Positions 17,437-27,509 are shown, counted from the stretch's first letter. The stretch: DNA of 64,000 bases from an uncultured Thermoplasmata archaeon (GCA_963719945.1 CAVRDX010000004.1:192001-256000); one strand, 5' to 3'. The notes: generated by a model from the letters alone, not told the origin. Numbers and translations: made by a program.

Positions 17437-20400
17437 ATGAAGAAGTACTACCGAGAACCTGCCGGCGAGACCTTCTCCGGCATAGAAGAGGAGGTTCTCT
17501 CTCTCTGGGGACAGGAGAGCATGCTGCTCAAGGTCAAGGAGCGGATGCGCGACGGTGCCCCTCTGTACTTCTGCGAAGGTCCCCCGACCGCTAAGAGCCC
17601 GCCCCATTTCGGTGACGCCCTCACGCGCGCGGTCAAGGATGCGTTCCTCAGGTTCCACATAATGAACGGTAGGCAGGTCCTGCCCTACATAGGCGGCTGG
17701 GACTGTCATGGGCTCCCAGTCGAGCTGGAGGTCGAGCGGTCTCTGGGACTGGGGAGCAAGGCCGATATCGAGCGATACGGGATCGAACCCTTCAATTCTC
17801 GATGCCGCGAGAGCGTCCTCCGCTACAAGGGAGATTGGGAGGAGATGAGCCGGAGGGTCGGCTACTGGATCGATTTCGAGAATGCCTACATGACCATGTC
17901 CAACGAGTACATCGAGAGCGTATGGTGGTCAGTCAAGCAATTGCATTCGAAGGGCTTGCTGGTAAAGGACAAGCAGGTCGTCCCTTACTGCCCAAGGTGT
18001 GGAACCACCCTGAGCACTCACGAAGTGGCATTAGGTTTCGGCGAGGTCGAGACCAGATACGTCGTCGCCCGTTTCCGGATCGACGAGCTGGATGCCAGCG
18101 CCCTGGTCTACACCGAGACGCCATGGACCCTGGTGGCGAACGCCCTGCTCGCGGTCGACGGAAACCAACGCTATGTGCTCATGGAATCATCCGGTGAGAG
18201 GTTGCTTCTCAGCGAACCTAGCTCGAAGGTATGGTTGCCTTCGTGCAAGGTGCTTCGCACCTTCTCCGGAACAGAGCTGGTCGGTCTATCTTATGTTCCA
18301 CCGTTCAATTACTCGGGACGGCCAGGCGATTCGTTCAAGATTGTTCATTCTGACGAGGTAACCAAGGAGGAAGGCACCGGGATAATGCACGTGTGCCCCG
18401 CATGCAGCTCGATAGATTTCGAGATAGCAGCGGCCGAGGGTCTCGAATTGTTCGATCCGATCGACGAGACCGCGAGTTTCACGCAGGAAATCCCCGAACT
18501 CGCCGGCAAGCTGGTCACAGACTCAAGCACTGATGTTATACGGATGCTAGAGGGCTCAGGGTCTTTGTTCAAATGGGGTCTGATGAAACGGTCATCACCA
18601 TTTTGCTGGAGGTGTCAAACCCCGCTCATCTACAAGCTAAGAGACGCCTGGCTCATAAAGGCTTCAGATGTGAAGGACGAGATGTCCAGATTGAACCAGA
18701 AGATCCGATGGGTGCCTGAGACCTTCCGGGACCTGAGGTTCGGAAACTTCATCGCGGACGCTAAGGATTGGGCAGTCAGCCGGAGTCGATACTGGGGGAC
18801 GCCGCTACCTATCTGGAGATGCACGGAGGGCCACGAATACTGTGTGGGTTCGGTCCAGGAGCTAAGGGATTCGTCCGAGTCCCCGGTTCCAGATGGATCG
18901 GACCTGCACCGTCCTTTCGTGGATGCCGTCACCCTCAGATGCCCACAATGTGGTAGGAGCATGAAGCGTGAGGAATTCGTCCTCGACTGCTGGTACGATT
19001 CCGGGTGCGCGCCATTCGCCCAATACCACTACCCGTTCGAGAACAAGGATGTGTTCGATTCACACAGGTCATTGGATTTCATATCGGAATCAGTGGAGCA
19101 GACTCGCGGATGGTTCTACACACAGCATGTGTTGAGCACCCTGCTATTCGATGCTCCAGCGTTCACTTCCGTCCTTGTGATGGGTAACGTGCTCGGTGCC
19201 GATGGGAAGAAGATGAGGAACGTGCACAAGAACACGGTTTCACCGTCCGAGGTGTTCTCGTCCGTCGGTGCGGATGCATCAAGACTCTATCTCCTTGGAA
19301 GCCCGACGTGGGAGTCTGTTCAATTCTCGGAGGAGGATGTGAGGAAGACGATGGTCGGCACGCTCAAGACGCTCCTCAATGTCTACGCATTCTACGCATC
19401 CAATGCCAACGCTTACGGTTATACTGGCCAGGAGGCTGGAACCAAGACTCACGACCTGGACACCTGGATCCTATCCCGATTGAACACGACCATCGTTGAG
19501 GCCAGGAACGGATTCGACGACCTCGAGGTCCACCGGGCAGTGAACTCGGTAAGGGAGTTCGTGGAGGATTTGAGCAACTGGTATGTTCGCAGGTCCAGGC
19601 GCAGGTTCTGGGTCGAGAGCGATCCACTCGACCGCTTCTCCGCACATTCCACGCTCCATGAATGCCTCACGATATTGTCCAGAATAATGGCTCCGATCAC
19701 ACCTTTCTTCGCGGACTGGCTCTATAGAAACCTGAAAGGGGCCAAGGGAAGCGTGCATCTCGAGGACTATCCAATCGCTAACGAGGAACATTCCAACAAA
19801 CCGCTTGAGCTGCAGATGGCCATTGTTCGGAGGGCAGTCGAAGCCGGCCGTCTGGCCCGTCAGAACGCAAACATAAAGTTGAGACAGCCGCTCGAAGAGG
19901 TAGTGATAGCCGCCAGCAATGACGATGTATGGACGCTTCGCAGATATGAGAAGATGATCTCCGAGGAGCTGAATGTCCGATCAGTGAAGTGCATCGAATC
20001 CAGGGAGAGCATGGTGGAGTATACCATATCGGCGAACCTCAGGACCCTCGGTCCGAGGTTCAAGGAAGGGGCCGAGGAGGTCTCGAAACTGCTCGAGATG
20101 GTCGATGGTAGCGAACTGGTTAGACACCTGAAGACGAAGGGAAGGCTGCGTCTGGGAGGCTACGACCTCTACGAGGAGGATGTCATCATCAGCGAGACGC
20201 AGAAATCAGGATACACCCACGCATCGATGGATGACATGCATGTCTACTTCTCGACCAAGATGAATGCGAAGCTCAAGATGGATGGCCTCGCTAGAGAAGT
20301 CATCAGACGAGTACAGCACATGCGAAAGGAGCAGGGTCTGGCTTTCGATGACCTCGTCGTCGTGGAGTATTCGGCCCATCCGGACATCGAGGCGGCCATC

Positions 20401-20529
20401 GTCGCCCATAAGTCCCGTCTGGAGACGGAAACGCATGCGAAAACCTACTCGAAGTCCACCTCGCTCCAAGATGCCAAGAAGTGGACGGTCAACAAGATGC
20501 CGCTCGAGCTTGTGGTCAGGAGACTCTGA
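17437..20529 (+). CDS. ileS: isoleucyl-tRNA synthetase homologue with degenerate catalytic motifs
   Basis: EGPPT, GWDCHGLPVE, DWAVSRSRYWGTPLPIW, QTRGWFY, DLSNWYVRRSRRRFW, GLAREVIRRVQ; but HFGD for HIGH and KMRNV for KMSKS; GGAGGG RBS before ATG 17437. Confidence 0.85.
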   Translation: MKKYYREPAGETFSGIEEEVLSLWGQESMLLKVKERMRDGAPLYFCEGPPTAKSPPHFGDALTRAVKDAFLRFHIMNGRQVLPYIGGWDCHGLPVELEVERSLGLGSKADIERYGIEPFNSRCRESVLRYKGDWEEMSRRVGYWIDFENAYMTMSNEYIESVWWSVKQLHSKGLLVKDKQVVPYCPRCGTTLSTHEVALGFGEVETRYVVARFRIDELDASALVYTETPWTLVANALLAVDGNQRYVLMESSGERLLLSEPSSKVWLPSCKVLRTFSGTELVGLSYVPPFNYSGRPGDSFKIVHSDEVTKEEGTGIMHVCPACSSIDFEIAAAEGLELFDPIDETASFTQEIPELAGKLVTDSSTDVIRMLEGSGSLFKWGLMKRSSPFCWRCQTPLIYKLRDAWLIKASDVKDEMSRLNQKIRWVPETFRDLRFGNFIADAKDWAVSRSRYWGTPLPIWRCTEGHEYCVGSVQELRDSSESPVPDGSDLHRPFVDAVTLRCPQCGRSMKREEFVLDCWYDSGCAPFAQYHYPFENKDVFDSHRSLDFISESVEQTRGWFYTQHVLSTLLFDAPAFTSVLVMGNVLGADGKKMRNVHKNTVSPSEVFSSVGADASRLYLLGSPTWESVQFSEEDVRKTMVGTLKTLLNVYAFYASNANAYGYTGQEAGTKTHDLDTWILSRLNTTIVEARNGFDDLEVHRAVNSVREFVEDLSNWYVRRSRRRFWVESDPLDRFSAHSTLHECLTILSRIMAPITPFFADWLYRNLKGAKGSVHLEDYPIANEEHSNKPLELQMAIVRRAVEAGRLARQNANIKLRQPLEEVVIAASNDDVWTLRRYEKMISEELNVRSVKCIESRESMVEYTISANLRTLGPRFKEGAEEVSKLLEMVDGSELVRHLKTKGRLRLGGYDLYEEDVIISETQKSGYTHASMDDMHVYFSTKMNAKLKMDGLAREVIRRVQHMRKEQGLAFDDLVVVEYSAHPDIEAAIVAHKSRLETETHAKTYSKSTSLQDAKKWTVNKMPLELVVRRL

Positions 20530-20998
20530 CCTTCTTCTTCGGTCCCTTGGATATCGATTTCTCCATCAGGTATGCGTGCTTCTTGGCGCCGTAATAATCC
20601 TTCACCATGGTCTTCAGGACATACCCGTGTTTGAGGTATAGGTTGATGGCTGCGGTATTCTCTATGCCGACCTCGAGGCCACTCTTCCGAACCCCTAGGA
20701 TCGCCATCCTCTTCTCGCATTCAATCAAGAGGCGCGAACCAAGCCCCTTCTCGCGTCTGCCATCCATGACTGCTACGGAAGCTATGCGTCCTTCCCCGCA
20801 CCTCTTCGAGAACATGCACATGGCCGCCCCTATGATCGCCCGTTCGTCGACAGCGACCAACGCTATGGTATCGTTCCTGACGACGAATGCGGTGACGGTC
20901 TCCTGCTCGAACCGTCTCTCATCGAAACATTCCGCCTCCAAGCGCATGATGCCTGGCAGGTCCTTCATGGTGGCGACCCTAACCTTCACAGACGGCAT
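20516..20998 (-). CDS. RimI-like GNAT N-acetyltransferase
   Basis: IASVAV..RREKGLGSRLL, LEV..ENTAAINLYLKHGY, YY. Confidence 0.88.
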   Translation of the reverse strand: MPSVKVRVATMKDLPGIMRLEAECFDERRFEQETVTAFVVRNDTIALVAVDERAIIGAAMCMFSKRCGEGRIASVAVMDGRREKGLGSRLLIECEKRMAILGVRKSGLEVGIENTAAINLYLKHGYVLKTMVKDYYGAKKHAYLMEKSISKGPKKKVRVS

Positions 20999-21071
20999 AC
21001 GACGCCGCCATGATATGTTCGTTGCGCTTCATCCGAAGGGCTTATATTCGCCATGAGACTTCAGCATCTGG

Positions 21072-22361
21072 ATGGTCCCGATAAAGAACGCCGTCTCAAA
21101 AGAAATGGTGGGCAAGAACGTCCAGGTACGTGGATGGATCTACCGCACCAGGAGCAGCGGCGGAATAGCGTTCATAGTCATGCGCGATTCGACAGGCATA
21201 GTCCAGGTTACCGTCAAGAAGGGTTCTGTCCCGGACGAGGACTTCGTCTCAGCCACCGATAGCGGTATCGAATCCTCGGCAGTAGTCGAGGGCACAGTCG
21301 CGGAGGACAAGCGCGCACCAGGTGGTTACGAGATACGCGCGAGCCGATTCATTCTAGTGGGCAAGGCTGAACCATTCCCGATCACGGAATATCAAAGCAC
21401 CGAGCTTCTTCTGGATCTGAGACACCTATGGATAAGATCCAGGGAACAGACCGCGATCATGAGGATCAAGGATTCACTTCTAAGAGGGGCACGCAACTGG
21501 TTCCATGAGAACGATTACACTGAAGTAACGCCCCCTATCATCACAGGGGTCGCTCCGGAAGATAGTACCACCCTGTTCCAGATGAAATACTTCGACAGGA
21601 TAGCATATCTATCACAGAGTGCACAGTTCTACCTGGAATCGCTCATATTCTCGTGCGACAAGGTCTGGGCTCTCACTCCATCTTTCAGGGCGGAGAAGTC
21701 GAGGACTCCCAGACATCTGGCGGAATTTTGGCACCTTGAGATGGAAGCGGCCTGGCTTACAAACGAAGAGAACATGCAGGTGCAGGAGCAGATGGTGACC
21801 GCCATGCTGCACAATGCGGCTGATGAATGTCCCAGCGAGCTCGCGATGTTCAAGCGTGACCCCGCAGCCCTGAAGAAGATCGTGCCACCGTTCGAAAGAA
21901 TGCCCTATGGAGAGGCTATGCAGTACCTGCAGGGCAAAGGGTTCGACATGTCATGGGGAGACGACCTAGGCGCAGTCGAGGAGCGCGAGCTTACAAAGGA
22001 CCGCACCATCCCGATGTTCGTGGTGAACTATCCGAAGGAGCTCAAGCCGTTCTACATGAAGGAGAACCCGGACGACCCGCGCACATACAAGAATAGCGAC
22101 TTGCTGGCGCCGGAAGGCTTCGGCGAGATAATCGGCGGCAGCGAGAGGGAGACGGACAACGCACTCATTCTCGAGAGACTGCGCGAGAAGGGCGAGCCCT
22201 TGGAGAACTACAGTTGGTATCTGGATCTCAGAAGGTATGGGTCGGTCCCACACTCTGGGTTCGGTCTGGGAACGGAGAGGATCGTGACATGGATATGCGG
22301 TCTGGACCATATCCGCGACGCGATACCATTCCCGCGCACGGTCTCTAGGGTGTTCCCCTAG
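21072..22361 (+). CDS. asnS: asparaginyl-tRNA synthetase
   Basis: OB-fold RGWIYRTRSSG, YLSQSAQFYLE, FRAEKSRTPRHLAEFW, GSVPHSGFGLGTER. Confidence 0.95.
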   Translation: MVPIKNAVSKEMVGKNVQVRGWIYRTRSSGGIAFIVMRDSTGIVQVTVKKGSVPDEDFVSATDSGIESSAVVEGTVAEDKRAPGGYEIRASRFILVGKAEPFPITEYQSTELLLDLRHLWIRSREQTAIMRIKDSLLRGARNWFHENDYTEVTPPIITGVAPEDSTTLFQMKYFDRIAYLSQSAQFYLESLIFSCDKVWALTPSFRAEKSRTPRHLAEFWHLEMEAAWLTNEENMQVQEQMVTAMLHNAADECPSELAMFKRDPAALKKIVPPFERMPYGEAMQYLQGKGFDMSWGDDLGAVEERELTKDRTIPMFVVNYPKELKPFYMKENPDDPRTYKNSDLLAPEGFGEIIGGSERETDNALILERLREKGEPLENYSWYLDLRRYGSVPHSGFGLGTERIVTWICGLDHIRDAIPFPRTVSRVFP

Positions 22362-22373
22362 GACACCCTCAGG

Positions 22374-23438
22374 TCAGAGTCCGGCCATCTTGGCACAGTA
22401 ATCTACATAGATCCTTGCAGCTTTCGCAACATCCTCGACCTTGATCCATTCATCCGGGATATGACACGATGTCGGGTCGCCGGGTCCACATATCATGAGC
22501 TTGTCATTCGCTGACTTGAACATCACCATCTCAGTGGCGTAGGGCACCGCGAGCACCTTCGTATCCGGCCCTATGATCTCCTTGAGGATCGTGACAGCTT
22601 CTATCGAGGGATCAGTTCCGACAGGGTCGAGTTCGTGAAGTATCTTGATCTGGTATCCGTCATCGCCTATCCTCTTACGTACCTCGCTGAGCACTGCCGA
22701 TGTGTTCATTTCCGGTGGATATCTGACATCCACCTCGACGGTGCACTCTGCCGGTATCACGTTCGTCGCCGTGCCTCCTCTTATGACGTCCACGGTGAGG
22801 GTCATGTGCTCGACCGGGTCCTCAGGGGGCACCTGGAGGTCCTTCATCTTGTGCAGCAGGTCAACCATCTTCACGATCGCATTCTCACCAAGAGCTGGCA
22901 TGCTCGCATGGGCAGACTTGCCAAGCGTGCTGATCTCGAACTGCACGAGCCCTTTCTCCCGGATTACGATGTCGAAGTCAGTGGCCTCGGTGACCACAAC
23001 CGCCGGAGCGTTCTTCACCGCGGGGTCGACCGAAGCAGCCGCCGCACCAGCCATCGAAGATTCCTCGTCCGTCGTAAAACACAGCGAGAACGGTATCTTC
23101 GCCTTGACCATCTCCTCTGCTGCTAGCAGCATGGCAACACAGCCACCCTTCATGTCTCCTGTGCCGCGACCGTAGAGGATGCCGTCGATCATCTCTCCCT
23201 GCTTCTTCGTCCATCCAGTGCCTATGGGGACGGTATCGAGATGTCCTGACAACATCACACCGTCCTCCATGAACTGGCCTATCATCGCAGGGGTGTCTTT
23301 GGAACCGTAGTTCCTGATATGCATCCCCAGCTCCTTCATCACCTTCGTCACATAGTCCGCGACGGGCTGTAGGGGCTCGTTCTCCGCTGATCTGATCAGT
23401 ACTAGTTCTGTGAGCATCTTCTCCGCTTTGCTTATCAA
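22374..23438 (-). CDS. M20 family metallopeptidase (ArgE/DapE-like)
   Basis: GHLDTVP, YGRGTGDMKGG, DEE, GKSAHAS, HIPDE; probable TTG start. Confidence 0.9.
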   Translation of the reverse strand: MISKAEKMLTELVLIRSAENEPLQPVADYVTKVMKELGMHIRNYGSKDTPAMIGQFMEDGVMLSGHLDTVPIGTGWTKKQGEMIDGILYGRGTGDMKGGCVAMLLAAEEMVKAKIPFSLCFTTDEESSMAGAAAASVDPAVKNAPAVVVTEATDFDIVIREKGLVQFEISTLGKSAHASMPALGENAIVKMVDLLHKMKDLQVPPEDPVEHMTLTVDVIRGGTATNVIPAECTVEVDVRYPPEMNTSAVLSEVRKRIGDDGYQIKILHELDPVGTDPSIEAVTILKEIIGPDTKVLAVPYATEMVMFKSANDKLMICGPGDPTSCHIPDEWIKVEDVAKAARIYVDYCAKMAGL

Positions 23439-23442
23439 AGTA

Positions 23443-24480
23443 TCACCGTGTCTTCTTGCCCGCAATCCGTTCGGATATCGCGACGATGAGTTTGGACAGG
23501 TTCTGCAGGTCCTTCAGGCTGGCGCACTCGGTCGGAGAATGCGTGTACCTCATCGGTATCCCCAGTGGCATCATGAGCGCGCCGAAATCCTGCATGACCG
23601 CACCATCCGTGGCCCCTCCACCCGTGCCGTATTGCAGGGGTATCTTCTTCTCCTTGGCGATCCCCTCTATCATCTTGCGCAACTTGGGGGATGCGATGGC
23701 CGCGTGGTCGAGCATCCTCAGCGCAGGTCCGCTTCCGAGCAATATCCTCTCATAGGCGTCGCCCTGCATCGGCCCGTCCGTGGTCGTCATCGTGTCGACG
23801 GCGAAGACATAGTCGGGCCTCATGGAGAAACCGACGACCTTGGCTCCCTTGAGCCCTATCTCCTCTTGCACGCTCCAGACGAATATGAGCTTGACTGGCA
23901 GCTTCCTCTTCCTGAGGATTTCTATCGCATCCAAGAGGACGGCGCAACCGGCGCGGTTGTCTATGCCGCGCGCGCAGACGATGTCGTTTCCGATATACGA
24001 GACGTCTTTCTTGAATACCATCGGGTCCAGGACCCTTATCCCGAGCTTCTCGGTCTCTTTCCTGCTCCTAGTGCCGACATCTACCCTTACCTCCTCCCAG
24101 CTGACGACCTTCTTCTTGTCGTCGCTCTCGGTCATCAGATGGGGCGGTTTCAGGCCCAGCACTCCGTTGACGGTCCCTTTCTCCGTCTTGATTTCGACTA
24201 CCCTGCCTACGAGCGTGCGGTCGTCTATCCCGCCCAGCTTGCGTATCCTGAGGGATCCGTCGTTCTCCAATTTGCTGACGATTAGCCCAAGTTCGTCCAT
24301 GTGCGCAATGAGCACTACCTTGGGACCGGTGTCCCCGACCGTGCAGATCAGGTTCCCTATGTTGTCCTCTTCGGTCTTCAGCCCCATAGCCTCGACCTTG
24401 GACCTGATGAACTCCCTTATCTCGTCCTCGAACCCGGACACTCCGGGCACATGGATCATCTCTTCCAGTAGCTCCTTCAT
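23443..24480 (-). CDS. M42 family (TET) aminopeptidase
   Basis: GVSGFE, AHMDELG, DNRAG, VQEEIGLKGA, RYTHSPTE. Confidence 0.93.
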   Translation of the reverse strand: MKELLEEMIHVPGVSGFEDEIREFIRSKVEAMGLKTEEDNIGNLICTVGDTGPKVVLIAHMDELGLIVSKLENDGSLRIRKLGGIDDRTLVGRVVEIKTEKGTVNGVLGLKPPHLMTESDDKKKVVSWEEVRVDVGTRSRKETEKLGIRVLDPMVFKKDVSYIGNDIVCARGIDNRAGCAVLLDAIEILRKRKLPVKLIFVWSVQEEIGLKGAKVVGFSMRPDYVFAVDTMTTTDGPMQGDAYERILLGSGPALRMLDHAAIASPKLRKMIEGIAKEKKIPLQYGTGGGATDGAVMQDFGALMMPLGIPMRYTHSPTECASLKDLQNLSKLIVAISERIAGKKTR

Positions 24481-24481
24481 T

Positions 24482-25633
24482 CTAAACCCCCTTGACGAAC
24501 GGTGGTCTGACCACCTCTGCGGGGACGAACGTGTCCCGCACCTTTATCTCGACCTTAGTGCCAATCTTGGACATTCCGACGGGCACATATCCCATGGCGA
24601 TGCCCTTCCTGAGCACCGGGGACATCGTGCCGCTCGTGACCTTGCCTACCTTGCTCCCATCAATCATGATGTCGTAACCGTGTCTGGGTATACCCTTGTC
24701 CGTGACCATCATGCAGACCAGCTTGTCATACTCCTTGGACGCTCGCTGCTCCTCCAGCACGTTCTTGCCAAGGAAATCGTGCTTCCAATCGACTACCCAG
24801 GATGGTCCAGTCTGGAGGCTCGTCTGAGTCCCCTCGAAATCAGTGCCAGACAACAACAGCGCCTTCTCGAGTCTGAGCGTGTCCCTCGCGCCCAGACCGA
24901 TCGGCTCGATGCCGAACGCCTTGCCCTTTTCGAGCACCGCTTTCCAGACATCGACGGCGTCCGCATTCTCGCATATTATCTCGAATCCGTCCTCTCCAGT
25001 GTAACCGGTCCTTGAGACGAGCGCCTTTATCCCGTCCCCTGGACCGTTGCGATAGACCCTCCCCTTCAGGAGTTCCGTCTTTGGCTCCGAGCCACGAGCC
25101 TTGATGCGGTCCAGCCGCGCGAAGGCCGCCCAGAAGAAGCCGACCTTCGACAGGTCGACAGTGGTCAAGCTCGCGAGCACATCCTTAGCAGTCGGTCCCT
25201 GGACGGCGATGGCTGCCAGGTCCATTGACATGTCGACGAGCTCCTGATTCCGGAGATGGCTCTCGACCCACTTCCTCATCTTCGAGGTCGTCGCAGCGTT
25301 CGGTACCATGAAATATTCATCAGGCCCCAGAGGCGAGGCGATCGTGTCGTCCAGGATGTGGCCATGTTCGTCCAGCAGATGTGAGTAGACGCATTTGCCC
25401 TGAGGCGCCCTTCGGACATCGTTCGTCATGAGGGTGTCGATGAGATCTCCGGCACCCTCACCTCTGATTATGAAATCCCCCATGTGGGACACATCGAATG
25501 CACCACATGCTTTTCGGACGGTCAAGTGCTCCTCGATGATCGACCTGTACTGGATGGGCATCTCCCATCCCGCGAACCAGACCATCTTCCCTCCGAGCGC
25601 GACATGTTCTCCGTGAAGAGGCGTCCTGTTCAT
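24482..25633 (-). CDS. gcvT: glycine cleavage system aminomethyltransferase T
   Basis: RTPLH, FAGWEMPIQY, FDVSHMG, SRTGYTGEDGFE, GLGARDTLRLE. Confidence 0.96.
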   Translation of the reverse strand: MNRTPLHGEHVALGGKMVWFAGWEMPIQYRSIIEEHLTVRKACGAFDVSHMGDFIIRGEGAGDLIDTLMTNDVRRAPQGKCVYSHLLDEHGHILDDTIASPLGPDEYFMVPNAATTSKMRKWVESHLRNQELVDMSMDLAAIAVQGPTAKDVLASLTTVDLSKVGFFWAAFARLDRIKARGSEPKTELLKGRVYRNGPGDGIKALVSRTGYTGEDGFEIICENADAVDVWKAVLEKGKAFGIEPIGLGARDTLRLEKALLLSGTDFEGTQTSLQTGPSWVVDWKHDFLGKNVLEEQRASKEYDKLVCMMVTDKGIPRHGYDIMIDGSKVGKVTSGTMSPVLRKGIAMGYVPVGMSKIGTKVEIKVRDTFVPAEVVRPPFVKGV

Positions 25634-25701
25634 GCAACGGAATCGGACTAGTTATGCAAAAGCTTTGGGAACATAAGCAAAAGAATCGCCAGATAAACGG
25701 C

Positions 25702-26271
25702 TCAACGATACTGGTCGATCAGCTTCATCATATCCTTCTCGAGGCCGACGCTCATGGCTGGAGCCTCGATCACTTCCACGTTCCTCTCAAGAAGTGCCAG
25801 CTCCTTCTCGCTGAAGGCGTCTGGGCTTATCGGTATCAGGACCACTGACTTGCTCTGCATGACCTGCTCGTTTATGTGCTCGGCGAACCTGAGCACCTGC
25901 TGGAATCCGTTGTTGATCACCAGGTACTCGAGCCCGTCGATGATGACGACGCACTTCTCGTACCTCTCGATGAACGAGGAGATCATGGTCGCGAGCGTGC
26001 CTATGCTGGTCGGGTTGTGATGGTCCTTTCCCGGGGTGTGGCTCAACCACAGGATGCGCGTATCGCCCAGATCGAAAGCCTCTTTGACCTTCTCAGGGTA
26101 CTGACGGGTGACGCATAATCCCGGAATGCTGTCAGAAATCGCGTTCTCAAACAGTTTGTAGGATAGGAAAGGCTTCCGCTCCCTGACTACGTAACACATT
26201 CCCGCTTCGGGACGGATCAGCTCCATCTGGTTCGAGATCTTCTCTTCCGAACCGATGTCCTTATCCTCCAC
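25702..26271 (-). CDS. stand-alone DUF835 domain protein
   Basis: GLCVTRQYP, ILWLS, VVIIDGLEYLVINNGF, ELALLER. Confidence 0.88.
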   Translation of the reverse strand: MEDKDIGSEEKISNQMELIRPEAGMCYVVRERKPFLSYKLFENAISDSIPGLCVTRQYPEKVKEAFDLGDTRILWLSHTPGKDHHNPTSIGTLATMISSFIERYEKCVVIIDGLEYLVINNGFQQVLRFAEHINEQVMQSKSVVLIPISPDAFSEKELALLERNVEVIEAPAMSVGLEKDMMKLIDQYR

Positions 26272-26348
26272 GATGTCTGTGACTGAAACGGCCCTATTTA
26301 TATATTGCCATTTCCCGTAATATAACTGTCCAGTAATCGTCAGATAGA

Positions 26349-27509
26349 TTAATCTAGCATTTGTGTGACTTTCTGCTGAAGAACCTTGGCCGGGATGTCT
26401 AGAAGTGTTATGACCGTGGTCTTTCCCGATATTCCTGGGCCGCTCTTCTTGGCGCTTACGATGCCTAGCGTATCAAGGTCCTTCATCAATGTCCAGAACG
26501 CGGTGTGTGCTCGCGGCTTCTCGTCGTACTCCTCGCACGCGACGCTGTAGGCGGATTCCGCATCCTTGGTGGTTATGTACGCTTTGCCCTTGGACGCCCT
26601 GGCTATCCCCAGGAGTGCGAGTTTCTGATGCTTCTCGAGGACGCTCAGCTTCGATTCTGTTATGGAGCTGTAAGCCTCGGCCTTCGCGCCTCTCACGTGC
26701 TCCACGTTGATCATGCCCTGCCCTTCCTCATCCGCCAGCATGCCAGCTTTCTCCAGGATCTCGATGGCGAATCTGGCATCACCCCATTCGGAGGACACCT
26801 CCGCCATGAGGTCAATGGAATCATCGTCCACCGAGCCTTCGTGCAGCGCGAGTTCGGTCCTCTGGGCTATTATGTCCCTCAGTTCCTCGCAGGAGTATTT
26901 CCCGAACTCGACCACATTGGTCCGCTTGAATGTGCTGGCAGATGCCGAATCGATCATATCGAAGATGTTCTTCTGCGATATCAGTATGACCGACACGAGC
27001 GGTCTCGAGTCGACCTTCTCCTCTCCGAACCGCGTGAGTTTGTAGATTATGTCTGGGCCAGCCTTCTTCAGAAGCACGTCCGCCTCATCGAGTGCCACGA
27101 CCAGGTGTACCTTGCGCTTCTCGAGGTCCTTCCTCAGGATCCTGAGCATCTCAGTTATGCTGAAACCTCTGTCGGGGAAGTTGGGCTGGAAGTGGTTGAC
27201 TATCTGTAGGACCACCGCGGATTCGCTGTTCCTCTGCCTGCAGTTGACGATGGTCCAATCGATCGCCACCTGCTTCTTCTCGCCATGCTCCTTGAGGTCC
27301 ATGCAGAATCTCTTGGCAGTGGCCGTCTTGCCAGTGCCAACGCTGCCCGTCAGCACGGCGTTCTGCGAGGAATTCTCCTCGATCACGGGCCTGAAGAGCA
27401 TGACCAGCTTCCGCATTTGCGTCTCTCTGTGCACGAGTTTGGGCGGGACGTAGTCGAACGACAGAGTACGTTGATCCTTGAAGACGCTCTTACCAATAGA
27501 TTCCCACAT
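26349..27509 (-). CDS. cdc6: Orc1/Cdc6 replication initiator
   Basis: LSFDYVPPKLVHRE, GSVGTGKT Walker A, LDEAD Walker B, GDARFAI, C-terminal winged helix. Confidence 0.93.
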   Translation of the reverse strand: MWESIGKSVFKDQRTLSFDYVPPKLVHRETQMRKLVMLFRPVIEENSSQNAVLTGSVGTGKTATAKRFCMDLKEHGEKKQVAIDWTIVNCRQRNSESAVVLQIVNHFQPNFPDRGFSITEMLRILRKDLEKRKVHLVVALDEADVLLKKAGPDIIYKLTRFGEEKVDSRPLVSVILISQKNIFDMIDSASASTFKRTNVVEFGKYSCEELRDIIAQRTELALHEGSVDDDSIDLMAEVSSEWGDARFAIEILEKAGMLADEEGQGMINVEHVRGAKAEAYSSITESKLSVLEKHQKLALLGIARASKGKAYITTKDAESAYSVACEEYDEKPRAHTAFWTLMKDLDTLGIVSAKKSGPGISGKTTVITLLDIPAKVLQQKVTQMLD

